From a bacterium (GTDB taxonomy: Bacteria; Hinthialibacterota; Hinthialibacteria; Hinthialibacterales; Hinthialibacteraceae), in the NCBI GenBank assembly GCA_963663405.2, contig CAXXSM010000075.1, positions 1 to 21,300 of the forward strand: a stretch of 21,300 nucleotides of DNA. The letters run 5' to 3'. Within the stretch, counting starts at the first letter, position 1, and the number at the start of each line of letters is the position of its first letter. The translations under genes were made by a program, and so were the position numbers. The notes under the pieces were generated by a model. That model did no database searches, was not told where the DNA came from, and worked only from the letters and a program-made list of their open reading frames with translations. Below, piece by piece: positions 1 to 7,799 of the stretch.

Positions 1-381
1 AAAACCATACGCGCTCATATCGATGATTACAACAAAACGAAGGGATTCAAAAACGGCAAGCCCGCTCAACATCACGCCACGATTTCACCCGGTTATGACG
101 AAACTCTCAATCCCGATCGAAAAACTGATAAAGGTGGATTCAAAGGGGCGGGATGGAAAGACCGGACGAAATTTGGAGTGAATTATCCGGATGATCCCGC
201 AGGGACTTATTATCGGGGAACATTTAAAGCGGCGATGGCGTCCAATCCAGACTGGCTGCATATATCCACGTTTAATGAGTTGTACGAATTCAGTCATATC
301 GAAGCGACATTTGAACATGGATATACATACATTGATCTAACAGCTGAATTTGTCCGGAGATTCAAGGAAGGGAATCATTGA
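1..381 (+). CDS. 3' part of a glycoside hydrolase, GH99/GH71-like; truncated by the window start
   Basis: Frame 1 is open from base 1 to TGA at 379-381. It reads ...ATISPGYDETLNPDR...GTYYRGTFKAAMASNPDWLHISTFNELYEFSHIEA..., resembling the GH99 C-terminal pattern (V/I)SPGYDD...AA...PDW..ITSFNEWxEG..IEP. Confidence 0.65.
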   Translation, partial: KTIRAHIDDYNKTKGFKNGKPAQHHATISPGYDETLNPDRKTDKGGFKGAGWKDRTKFGVNYPDDPAGTYYRGTFKAAMASNPDWLHISTFNELYEFSHIEATFEHGYTYIDLTAEFVRRFKEGNH

Positions 382-392
382 TATCCTCATGA

Positions 393-411
393 ATCCATTT
401 TTCGAATGGAT
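393..411. terminator. Possible hairpin terminator between convergent genes
   Basis: ATCCATT-tttcg-AATGGAT, a 7-bp stem in the 43-bp gap between two convergent stop codons. The stem is AT-rich and there is no clear U-tract. Confidence 0.3.
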
Positions 412-424
412 AATCATAAGTGGA

Positions 425-1918
425 TTATGGAATCTCTGAATGGTAGAGTTTTTTCAACGCCGATTCACTGTTGGGTCTATCCTTCGGAATGCTAACTGGC
501 GCGCCTAATACACGGAACAAATTGGCAATCTCTACCGCGTATGCGGTTCGGGTGGACGCCAGTTTCTGCTGGGCATTGGCAAGAACACGCTGGGCGTCTA
601 CAACGTCTAGAAAACTGGCCAAACCCTGGCGGTACAAAACCTCTGCTTGAAAGGCGCTGCGAGTGCTGGCTTCGACTGATTTCGAAAGAGGAATTTGACG
701 GTCAAGAGCCGATTGCAGGGCGGCTAAGGATAACTCCACATCCTGACTGGCGTTAAGCAATGATCGATAGTAACGAGCCAGCGCTTCGTCCGCTTGCGCT
801 TTGGCGCTGTCTAAACTCGCTTTTCGTGCGCCCCCGTCTGTGATGACTTGTTGTATCAATGTATTGAGCCCGGCAGCGAAAATCCCGATCGTAGGTTCTC
901 CACTGCTGCTCACTCCACTAAGACTCAGCTGTTTGCCGATCTGAAAGGTCGGATACCATTCCGTCATGGCAACGCCGATTTGGGCGATGGCGCTTTTAAA
1001 GTCCGCTTCGGCTTGTTGCACTTCCGGCCGGATTGATAAAACTTCAATGGGAAGCAAATCTTCGATAGTATTGCGGTAGGAGGGGATATCCTGTTCCTCT
1101 TCAAGTTTATTGGTGTATTCTCCTGGAAAACGGCCTGTTAGGATAGCGATTTTGTTGCGGGAATTAATCAGTGATTCTTTGAGCGCGGGAACATCGGCGC
1201 GCAGATTTTCGACTGCGGCTTCGGCGCGGCGAAGATCCAGTTCCGGCGCCAATCCGGCGTCAAAACGGCTTTTTACAATGGCGAGAGTTTTTTCTTGTAA
1301 AGCGACTGATCCGTTTAATAAGGTTAGCTGACGTTGATTCCCCCGCAGCCGTAGATATTCAATTGTCACATCTGCGCTCACCTGAAGAATCGAGCCCCGC
1401 AGAGCGGCGCTTGCACTTTCCAATTCTGCGATGGCGGCTTCGACTTCGCGCTTGTTTTGCCCAAAAATATCAAGCGGCCAGGCGAGTGAAAACGCGCCGG
1501 ATAGTTCACCGCTGGTTGAGGAATCGTCATCATTTCCAAATTGATTCCGCTGATCGACTCCAGTGTTTACTGACGCATGGGTTTGAATTTCATCGCGAGA
1601 CGCGACACGGCGCAATTGAGCTTCCGCGTCATTCAACCGCGCCTCATTAATCGCGATCGTATAATTGTGGTACAACGCTTCTTCAACCAAATCATTAAGA
1701 ATAGGATCATAAAATCCTTTCCACCAATTGGTCGGAGAATCTTGTTCTTGATTGATTTGATCGAGCGCCGATCTTGTGTTAAGTTTTTGAAATACGTCAT
1801 GTAAGGCGAACTGATCGGGAACTGTGACTTTTGGGGCGATGTAATCAGGACCGATCGCGCAAGAGGAAAGCAACAACAATACACTAAACAATAGACAAAC
1901 ATTAAAATAGGATTTCAT
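425..1918 (-). CDS. Efflux outer-membrane factor lipoprotein (NodT/OprM/TolC family)
   Basis: 497 aa. Lipoprotein signal ending LLLSS-C followed by AIGPDY, plus WWKGFYDPILNDLV, RPEVQQAE and YRQGLASFLDVVDAQR motifs. Its start overlaps the RND gene stop by 4 bp. Confidence 0.93.
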   Translation of the reverse strand: MKSYFNVCLLFSVLLLLSSCAIGPDYIAPKVTVPDQFALHDVFQKLNTRSALDQINQEQDSPTNWWKGFYDPILNDLVEEALYHNYTIAINEARLNDAEAQLRRVASRDEIQTHASVNTGVDQRNQFGNDDDSSTSGELSGAFSLAWPLDIFGQNKREVEAAIAELESASAALRGSILQVSADVTIEYLRLRGNQRQLTLLNGSVALQEKTLAIVKSRFDAGLAPELDLRRAEAAVENLRADVPALKESLINSRNKIAILTGRFPGEYTNKLEEEQDIPSYRNTIEDLLPIEVLSIRPEVQQAEADFKSAIAQIGVAMTEWYPTFQIGKQLSLSGVSSSGEPTIGIFAAGLNTLIQQVITDGGARKASLDSAKAQADEALARYYRSLLNASQDVELSLAALQSALDRQIPLSKSVEASTRSAFQAEVLYRQGLASFLDVVDAQRVLANAQQKLASTRTAYAVEIANLFRVLGAPVSIPKDRPNSESALKKLYHSEIP

Positions 1919-4900
1919 CCAATTCCCTCTTCTAAAGCATGATCCCGTTCCGCTTTTTCCAGTTCTATTTCCAGTTGACGTTCAGCGTGACTACGCGGTT
2001 TCATCCAGGGAGCGATCAACATGTATCCCAGCGGTGTGAGATACAATGTGAGCAATGATGACAAACCCAGACCGGCAAACACAACCCACCCAATCGCGCT
2101 GCGCGCTTCCGCTCCCGGCCCTTTGCTCAGAATCAAGGGGAGGCTTCCTAGGACCGTAGACAATACCGTCATCATAAGCGGACGGAGACGGACATCGATT
2201 CCTTCCATGATCGCCTCATTGACACTCCGGCCTTCATCACGGAGTTGATCCATAAATTCAACAAGAAGAATCGCGTTTTTGGTCATCAATCCAATCAGCA
2301 TCACAAAACCAATTTGACTATAGACATTCAACGTCTGATTCGAAATTGAGAGCGCGAACGCCGCTGCCGCCAATCCAAAGGGAACCGTGAAGATGACAAT
2401 CAACGCGCTCCCAAAGCTTTCAAATTGGGCGGCCAATACGAGAAAGATCACTAAAAGAGCGATTAGAAACGTCATTGCCACTTCATAGTTGTTTTCATTC
2501 AAAGTCGCCGCTTCACCTCGGAATAGAATACCGGTTTCTAATGGCAGGACTTCAGTGGCGATGGCTTGAATTTTCTTCACTAACTCTCCTAAAGAATTGC
2601 CAGGTGGATAACTAATATTCATTTCGATGGCCCGGCGCTGCGCGTGACGATCCAACTGCGAGGCGACACCGGATTCTTTGATGTCCACTAAAGTCGTTAG
2701 TGGAACTAATTCACGATTGCGGTTTGGAATAAAAATATTAAGTAAGTCACCCGGATCGTCCGCCGCCCCTTGGATAGAACCCAACATTATCGGCACAGCT
2801 TGGTCTTCGATGTTTAGATCAGTTACATCATACCGATCGACCATCACACGAAGAGTTTGAGAGATCGCGTCAAGAGAAACGTTCAGATCGCTGACGCGAT
2901 TGCGATCAATATTGAATGAAAGTTCTGGTTGAGATGTGTCAAAACTGATGCGGATATCATCGATCAGCGGAATGCGCCTCTCTAATTCCGATTTAAACAT
3001 TACGGCTGATTCTAAAATGTCATTGTAATCATTACCGGTCAAAGCGAGGCGGATGCCAGAACCCGCGCCTCGAATCCCCAGACTATTGCCTCTATAAATC
3101 GTCACTTGAGCGCCGGGGATCTCGACGATTTTCTCGTTGATCTCTTTTTCGAGTTCTTGCTGTGTAACCGTTCGTTTATCCCAATGAATTAGGGTGGCGA
3201 TTGTGAATGACCGGTTTTTATCGAATCGGCCTACCGTTGTATAAATATCTTTGACCAAACCCTCTCTTTGATAGGGATAGAGAATTTCCTCGATTTTCTC
3301 CGCCTGCCGGTCCGAATAATTAAGCGAAGCTCCATCCGGACCGGTCGCCATGATATAAAGGACTCCACGGTCTTCCTGGGGGATGAGTTCCTGTTTAATT
3401 TTCATAAAGTAGACGACTCCATACCCCGCTAAAATCACGGCTAAAATCAGCGATAAAAAGCGGTGTTGAAGAACGACCCGCAACGATAGAAAATAGAGGG
3501 AACTCAATCCTTGCCCAATCCAGGAAATGAGATTTAGAACCCCACTCATAATGAATCCTTTTTTGGAAGGTTCGGGGAGGCGGGAGGCCATCATTGGGCA
3601 TAATGTCAATGCGACAAAGGAACTAATACAGACCGCAACAGCAAGAACCAATCCAAACTCGCGGAATAAAATACCGGTCCGGCTTGGAAGAAAAGAAATG
3701 GGGAGAAAGACGGAGACGAGTGTCAATGTCGTTGCGATTACGGCAAAGAACACTTGGTGGGTTCCGATAACGGAGGCGGCCATCTTCTCCAATCCTAAGT
3801 GATGGCGGCGTTGAATGTTCTCCAACACGACAATGGCGTCATCGACAATTAAACCCGTCGCTAAAACCAAGGCCAATAAGGTGAGAAGATTAATCGAAAA
3901 TCCTAATAACCAGATCGCGGCGACTGTGCCGATGAGTGAGACCGGTATGGTGACCGCCGGAATAAATGTGGTCCGCCACCGGCCTAAAAAGACGGCGATA
4001 ACAATCAACACAATCAACACTGCGAAAGTTAAAGAAAATAATACTTCCCGCAACGCGCCTTCGATGAAGATCGCATTATCTGATGTTTTAACAAGATGAA
4101 ATTCGTTGGCGCGCTCATTAATTTCCGCCATTTTTTTATCCACGGCGGAAGAAATCGAAATTGTGTTCGATCCGGATTGACGGATGATGCCCATACCGAT
4201 CACGACCCGTCCATTCAACATTGAATAGTCTTCGGCTTGCTCCGGTCCGAAAAAAACAACGCCGATATCCCCGATACGGATATTCCCACGGATATAGATT
4301 TCTTCAACGCGTTTAGGCTGAATGACGGACGCTTCAGCTCGCACAATGAGTTCTTGATCTTCCGATTCATAACTCCCGGCGGGGACATCGAGACGCGCGT
4401 TTCGCAACGTACTAATCACTTCACTCACGGAGACACGCAAACCCGCCATCCGCGCAGGATCTAGCAAGACGCGCAGCACTCGCTGCTGATCGCCGGACAT
4501 TTCCACATCAGCGACTCCAGGAATGGAAAGGAAATGAGGCGCAATATCTTTCTCAACCCGTTTGGCTAATTCTTCTTTTGACAATGTGTCACTATAAACT
4601 GATAGTTCCGCGACAGAATCATCATCGAAATTGCCTTTCATGATAAAAAAATCTTTAAGATCATCAGGAAGGTCCCGCATTCTTCGATTGATGGCTTCCC
4701 GGACGTCGTTGGCGGCGACGTCGATATCAACTTGAGGTTGAAACTCGATAAAGATTCGGCAGTAATTTTCTTCACTGGATGCGCGAATCGTTTTCACCCC
4801 TTGCACGCGGGCGATGGCTCCCTCAAGTATACTTGTGACTTCAGTATCCATGGTTTCCGGGGAAGCGCCTTCGAACGTCGCACGAACGGAAACGGTTGGT

Positions 4901-5040
4901 GTGTCCACATCCGGTAATTCACGGACATCGACACCCATCAAACTGGCGATGCCCGCTAATATGATTAATAAGTTCATCACCACCGCCAATACGGGGCGTC
5001 GAACTCCCAATGCAGTCAAGGTTTCTCCAGCGCGATTCAT
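1915..5040 (-). CDS. RND efflux permease (AcrB/HAE1 family)
   Basis: 1041 aa. N-terminal RRPV followed by a TM helix, GASPETMD, and proton-relay motifs IVDDAIVVLENI, KNAILLVEF and RLRPLMMT. Confidence 0.96.
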   Translation of the reverse strand: MNRAGETLTALGVRRPVLAVVMNLLIILAGIASLMGVDVRELPDVDTPTVSVRATFEGASPETMDTEVTSILEGAIARVQGVKTIRASSEENYCRIFIEFQPQVDIDVAANDVREAINRRMRDLPDDLKDFFIMKGNFDDDSVAELSVYSDTLSKEELAKRVEKDIAPHFLSIPGVADVEMSGDQQRVLRVLLDPARMAGLRVSVSEVISTLRNARLDVPAGSYESEDQELIVRAEASVIQPKRVEEIYIRGNIRIGDIGVVFFGPEQAEDYSMLNGRVVIGMGIIRQSGSNTISISSAVDKKMAEINERANEFHLVKTSDNAIFIEGALREVLFSLTFAVLIVLIVIAVFLGRWRTTFIPAVTIPVSLIGTVAAIWLLGFSINLLTLLALVLATGLIVDDAIVVLENIQRRHHLGLEKMAASVIGTHQVFFAVIATTLTLVSVFLPISFLPSRTGILFREFGLVLAVAVCISSFVALTLCPMMASRLPEPSKKGFIMSGVLNLISWIGQGLSSLYFLSLRVVLQHRFLSLILAVILAGYGVVYFMKIKQELIPQEDRGVLYIMATGPDGASLNYSDRQAEKIEEILYPYQREGLVKDIYTTVGRFDKNRSFTIATLIHWDKRTVTQQELEKEINEKIVEIPGAQVTIYRGNSLGIRGAGSGIRLALTGNDYNDILESAVMFKSELERRIPLIDDIRISFDTSQPELSFNIDRNRVSDLNVSLDAISQTLRVMVDRYDVTDLNIEDQAVPIMLGSIQGAADDPGDLLNIFIPNRNRELVPLTTLVDIKESGVASQLDRHAQRRAIEMNISYPPGNSLGELVKKIQAIATEVLPLETGILFRGEAATLNENNYEVAMTFLIALLVIFLVLAAQFESFGSALIVIFTVPFGLAAAAFALSISNQTLNVYSQIGFVMLIGLMTKNAILLVEFMDQLRDEGRSVNEAIMEGIDVRLRPLMMTVLSTVLGSLPLILSKGPGAEARSAIGWVVFAGLGLSSLLTLYLTPLGYMLIAPWMKPRSHAERQLEIELEKAERDHALEEGIG

Positions 5041-5042
5041 GA

Positions 5043-6143
5043 TTATGGGCTCTTGGCGGATACTTGGTTGGATTGAGAACCGCCGCTGACTACAATCACT
5101 TTTCGGCCAGGCGCCAAGCGCTGTAATCCCTCGACAACGACTTGATCTGTTTCATCGGCTTCACATTCGACTAAAACATCTCCGGCGGTTCTGGCGATTA
5201 CGTGAACGGTTACTCGTTCGGCGAGATTGTTTCGAATCAGCCATATGAAAGAGCCATCCCGTCCCCACTGTAATGATATCTCTGGAACGGTTGGATAATC
5301 TTCTCCGGCGATTTCTAGACGGGTAATGAATGACATGCCAGGCCGGAGGAGATCTTCATTATTCTTAATGCTTGCGCGCGCCATGATGGTTCTTTTTTGA
5401 GGATCGATCCGGCTTGCAAGCGCCTGAATTGTACCGGTAAACGTTCGGTTTGTATACGCAGGCGTGTGCGCGGTTATAATATTTTCTTTTTTTAGTTCAA
5501 CCGCTAACATTTCGGGAACTTCAAAATCAACATGCAGTATAGACCGGTCATCAATACCCGTAATCAGAGTATTGCCGTTGACTCGCTCGCCTGGATCGAC
5601 GCGGGGAATTCCCACTACGCCATCAAATGGCGCGCGGATTTTACGTTCTTCTAACGCCAATTTGGCTTGATCCAGCACAACTTGAGCGACATCCACCGCC
5701 GCCTGAGCGGAATCGACATCGCTTTCGGGAACCGCGCCGTCTTTTACCGCCAATTGATACCGTTTTAAGAGGCTTTGCGCGTCTTTCAATCGGACTTCAG
5801 CCAATTGAACGGCAAGTTTTTCTTCCCGGTCATCCAATTGAACCAGCACTGTCCCCGCTTTGACTTTGTCTCCCGCTTTGAAGAAAATCTCCATGACCTC
5901 TTCCGCGACTGCTGGATACAGTTGAACGGATTGCCTGGCTCGTCCTGAACCCATCGCCTCGAAAACAATATCGTTTGACGTAATCCGGATAGGATGCGTG
6001 ATAACGCGGACATCAAGGACGGCGCTTGTCTGTTCAATTTCTTCGTTGGAGGCTTCCCCACTTAGTATTGGAAGCAATTCCCATTTCACCAGAAAAAAGC
6101 CGGAGGCGATAATGATTACGATAAAGAAGATACGGGTAATAAT
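5043..6143 (-). CDS. RND periplasmic adaptor (membrane fusion protein); start proposed at ATT 6143 rather than GTG 6089
   Basis: Lipoyl-like motifs FKAGDKVKAGTVLVQLD and IRAPFDGVVG, plus LRPGM and VVVEGLQRL. The frame extends 18 codons upstream of GTG 6089 (IITRIFFIVIIIASGFFL, a TM anchor) to an ATT 7 nt after AAGGAG. An in-frame TGA lies at 6158-6156. The product call is firm; the start is less certain. Confidence 0.9.
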   Translation of the reverse strand: MITRIFFIVIIIASGFFLVKWELLPILSGEASNEEIEQTSAVLDVRVITHPIRITSNDIVFEAMGSGRARQSVQLYPAVAEEVMEIFFKAGDKVKAGTVLVQLDDREEKLAVQLAEVRLKDAQSLLKRYQLAVKDGAVPESDVDSAQAAVDVAQVVLDQAKLALEERKIRAPFDGVVGIPRVDPGERVNGNTLITGIDDRSILHVDFEVPEMLAVELKKENIITAHTPAYTNRTFTGTIQALASRIDPQKRTIMARASIKNNEDLLRPGMSFITRLEIAGEDYPTVPEISLQWGRDGSFIWLIRNNLAERVTVHVIARTAGDVLVECEADETDQVVVEGLQRLAPGRKVIVVSGGSQSNQVSAKSP

Positions 6144-6210
6144 CGCAGTTCTCCTTCAAAACACCAATGATAAATCTACATATAAACCATTATGATTGAG
6201 ATCACAACCT

Positions 6211-6272
6211 GCAAATGAAAATGAGTTGCGGGAGAAATCTAGAACGAGTAAATCTCTGAAACTCATTTTCAT
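6211..6272. promoter_or_regulatory. 13-bp inverted repeat, candidate operator upstream of the efflux operon
   Basis: ATGAAAATGAGTT (6215-6227) and AACTCATTTTCAT (6260-6272) are exact reverse complements, 32 nt apart. Confidence 0.5.
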
Positions 6273-6788
6273 ATAAATACGTCGTGATTAAATTGGCGTA
6301 TGTTCCTTGTCATTATCAATGATAAATGGCTGTGCGCAAGGCGGGGATTGCGCTTCGATGAACCAATATGTACGAGAATCACTTGATGACACCCGCCCCC
6401 CCAGCGAGGAGAGTACTCCATAAAGCGTTTTTCCAGATGTTGTCGTGATTTAGGATCGGCTGTTTAGCGATTAGCCGACAAGATCGTCTCTTATTCATCC
6501 CAGAGCTTATTGCCTTTTATGATTATTGATCCTTGCGAAATTTTTATATGCTGTAAGCAGGTCAAAATTTATAAGGTAGACTTGTCTTTGTGTTGTAAAT
6601 ATGGAACAATAGTCTATATAATAGATATCTTAAATAACTTGAATGTGCCGTAACTAAGCAGTTTGGCGTAAGCGCTTAATCCAATAGACAGACAATCCAT
6701 TCATATTGAGGATGAAAACAACCGATTGTCCATAATTTATAATGAATACCGATTCTCTGGCTTAAATCTATAGTTCCTGGGGGGAAAA

Positions 6789-7739
6789 ATGGGAAGAGAT
6801 CATAAAGCGATTCGTCTGTGTAAACTCTTCGAAATTCTATCTGGTGGAATGCGTTATCTTACTATTCGAGAAATTGCGAATTCACTCCACGTCACCGAAC
6901 GCACTGTTTACCGGGATTTTACATCACTCGAAACTCTAGGTTTTCCGGTAATGAACGATCGAGGGTATAAGATTTTTATATCCTCTAGATTAAACATCGA
7001 TCAATTAACCGACTGCGATTTCCAGACGATCAAGAGCATTATGGAGGCCTCTTCATTCATGCGGCTTCCAAATATGCGGGAACGATGCGATTCCATTTTA
7101 AAAAAGTTGCAATTGAAAGTCTCTCATCAAGACAGGGATTTAGCGCCACCGGAATCCTACTTGCCAGCGGAACGGATTTCTTCCACTACGTTCAATTTCA
7201 ATATCCGGCAACTGGAAAAAGCCATTCAACAACAGAAAGTCATTGAGATGGATTACCATGCCCTGAATGAAGAGAAGCCGGTGGCAAGGCGGGTACATCC
7301 GTATGTAATCACGGTGCGGAAATCGAACTGGTATCTGATCGGATTTTCGGAACGCAATCAGGAGGTTCATTTGTATCGTTTGGAGCGGATCTCCGCGGTA
7401 AAGATCACAAATCAACGGTTCGAGCGGGTATCAACATTTGATATTGAGCAGTATTTTCATTCCGTTTGGGGCGTGTTCCGTGGAGAAAGCGCTCTGGTAG
7501 AACTGCGCCTGACGGAGCTGGCTGTACGCCTGGCTCACGAACAACCCTGGCCGGAACAGACAGAGTTAATCGAACAGGATGACGGCAGCCTCCTCGTCAA
7601 AATGAAGGTCCAGGGAATGGCTGAATTCAAATCATGGATCCTGAGTCTATCACCGCATGTCGAAGTCCTCAAACCAGAATCCCTGCGAAAAGAACTCACA
7701 ACAACCTTAAAAAAAATGTTGAAATTACACTCAGAATAA
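6789..7739 (+). CDS. WYL-domain transcriptional regulator (wHTH-WYL-WCX; PafB/PafC/DriD-like architecture)
   Basis: 316 aa. N-terminal HTH LTIREIANSLHVTERTVYRDFTSL; WYL core RRVHPY...NWYLIGFSERNQEVHLYRLERI; WCX end WILSLSPHVEVLKPESLR. Confidence 0.93.
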   Translation: MGRDHKAIRLCKLFEILSGGMRYLTIREIANSLHVTERTVYRDFTSLETLGFPVMNDRGYKIFISSRLNIDQLTDCDFQTIKSIMEASSFMRLPNMRERCDSILKKLQLKVSHQDRDLAPPESYLPAERISSTTFNFNIRQLEKAIQQQKVIEMDYHALNEEKPVARRVHPYVITVRKSNWYLIGFSERNQEVHLYRLERISAVKITNQRFERVSTFDIEQYFHSVWGVFRGESALVELRLTELAVRLAHEQPWPEQTELIEQDDGSLLVKMKVQGMAEFKSWILSLSPHVEVLKPESLRKELTTTLKKMLKLHSE

Positions 7740-7772
7740 CTGACAGTAGGTGTCAGAGGTGGGGAGTATGAT
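7740..7772 (+). promoter_or_regulatory. Putative cas-operon promoter with palindromic WYL-regulator site
   Basis: CTGACA(7740-7745)-gtagg-TGTCAG(7751-7756), then 10 nt, then a -10-like TATGAT (7767-7772). It lies immediately after the WYL stop codon and about 30 nt before cas3. Confidence 0.65.
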
Positions 7773-7799
7773 GGTGTTGAAATCAAGGATAACAAGGGA

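Noticed and set aside
541-6195. Many 60-95 aa ORFs overlapping the efflux genes (and similar ones inside cas and NifA-like genes)
   Set aside because: Shadow frames of long, well-supported CDSs with no independent evidence.
6288-6500. Short minus-strand reading frames in the efflux-WYL intergenic region
   Set aside because: No convincing start or RBS and no recognisable homology by eye.
7781-7793. AATCAAggatAAC as an IHF site before cas3
   Set aside because: It lacks the TTR element of the consensus.
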